A stretch of 64,000 nucleotides of DNA, taken from Camelus ferus. Its lineage: Eukaryota. The stretch spans positions 77,378,001 through 77,442,000 of the forward strand of contig NC_045696.1 in assembly GCF_009834535.1 (NCBI RefSeq), written 5' to 3'. The notes under the pieces were generated by a model that saw only the letters and a program-made list of their open reading frames with translations, was not told the DNA's origin and ran no database searches. Below are positions 62,590 to 64,000 of the stretch, one piece after another; the first letter of the stretch is position 1, and each line of letters begins with the position of its first letter. A program made the translations under genes and the position numbers.

Positions 62590-64000
62590 ATGAAAGAGAG
62601 GGCTCTTACATCCAGCTAAGATAGAATAAGAGACTTCAAATACACTTGCCTGCTTGAATCAACTGAAAAGACAGGACAATATAAAAGAGTGGTTTTTAAA
62701 ATATTGTAACCTAGGCAACAAAGGGTAGTGAGCCTAAAGTATGGAAATAAACAAGGTTACTTCTATGATTGGTATAATTTAGTCCCTGGAAAATTTCTAG
62801 CCTGTGGCACAGTGAGTGGATACACAGTCATAGCTTGATATTTTCCTTGAGTAGAAAACATAGAGCTGAGATCCTGGAAAGATGAGATAGCTAGAGCTCT
62901 CAGGATGGCGTATAGAAGAAGAGACAGCTGAGTGGACCAAGATCTGAGATCTACAGAGAGTTCCTTGAGTTTTCAGCTGAAAAGTGATTCAGTATATGTA
63001 TTCATATTCATACCAGACAGAGTGGAAAAACCTCCTAATACATGCATTGGAATACTCAGAAGAGTATTGCCTTTGTAGTCTGACAAAGTAGGTACTTGAC
63101 TAAATGCTTCTTTGATCTCACATAAGGTAATTTTATAGGCAAGACTTGAACGAATTAAAAGGTTTCCAGGTAATTTTATTTTGTTCCAGAACAAATCTCA
63201 AGAATATTATAGGAATAAAAATTATTCAACATGTACCAAGGAAAAATATACAATGTTTTACATTCAATAAAAAAGTCATCAGGTATGCAAAGAAACAGGA
63301 AAATAGAACCCATACTTATGAGAAAAATCAGTTACTAAAAAATGACACAGAAATAACCAAGATTATAGTATTAGTAGACAAGTACATTAAAATAGTCATT
63401 TTAACTCTATGCCTTATGTTCACTAAGCTAAAAGAAATATTGAGGATAAGTAGAAACATGAAAAATTTTTTTAGAGGTGGCATTAAAATTCTAGAGATGA
63501 CAACACAAGTGTTCAAGGTAAGAAATACATAAAACACTAAGTATGATTAACAATAGATTTGACACTACAGAAAAAAATAATGAACATTAATTAAAAGCAA
63601 CGGTAACTGCCCTAAATCAAACATAGAGGAAAATAAACTGGACAAAAATAAACATAGCATTTTTGCACTGTGAGAAAACCTTAAGTGTCCAAATACACAA
63701 ATAAGTAGAGTACCCAAAGAAGAGGTAAAGGAAAGAGGAACAGAAGAAAATGCTTAGATGATAGGACTGAACATTTTCCATATTTGATAAAACTTATAAA
63801 CCCATGTATCTAAGAAGTTCAACAAATCACAAAATACAAGAAATGTGAAGAAAACTGCACTAAGGCACATGATAATCGAATTTCTTAAGACTATTTATAA
63901 AGACAAAAATCTTCAAACAACCAGAGGAAAAAAAGACAAATTACATTCAAAGGAATAATAATAAGAATGACAGCAGACTTCTGTTCGTAAATAATGTAAG
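62590..64000 (+). mobile_element. Old L1 5' region and ORF1, running off the window end
   Basis: caggtatgcaaagaaacaggaaaata, taacaatagatttgacactacagaa, aagaagttcaacaaatc...cactaaggcacatgataatc, ataagaatgacagcagacttct. Confidence 0.8.

Noticed and set aside
1..64000. CRISPR arrays, rRNA, intact tRNA, NUMT, prokaryotic operons
   Set aside because: No repeat-spacer periodicity or recognisable sequence of these kinds; the content is typical mammalian repeat-rich DNA

Overview
AT-rich mammalian intronic or intergenic DNA, most likely from a camelid (Camelus/Vicugna/Lama). That inference rests on a tRNA-derived SINE of the camelid Vic-1 type and cetartiodactyl-style L1 3' ends. I found no recognisable protein-coding gene, rRNA, intact tRNA or CRISPR array. 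The ORF track is explained by L1 ORF1/ORF2 debris and chance ORFs. Roughly half or more of the window is interspersed repeat: L1s of several ages, L2, MIR, MaLR/ERVL solo LTRs, a MER44-type Tigger derivative and microsatellites. Most notable are: (1) a 4.2-kb L1 with both termini whose ORF2 carries an in-frame ~2.4-kb deletion removing most of the endonuclease and all of the RT; (2) a second L1 that has lost ORF1 and its 3' end, nested antisense in an older L1; (3) very old coding fossils recognised by manual translation across frameshifts (RTE/RTE-X-like RT, Gypsy-like RT-RNaseH, CR1-like endonuclease, possible hAT C-terminus); (4) a dense cluster of minus-strand splice signals next to a CpG-retaining block at 55-56.7 kb, possibly an unannotated spliced transcript; (5) a perfect 82-bp tandem duplication. 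Repeat family names and most boundaries are from visual recognition, not a database search, and are approximate. I cannot support a claim of a new biological system.
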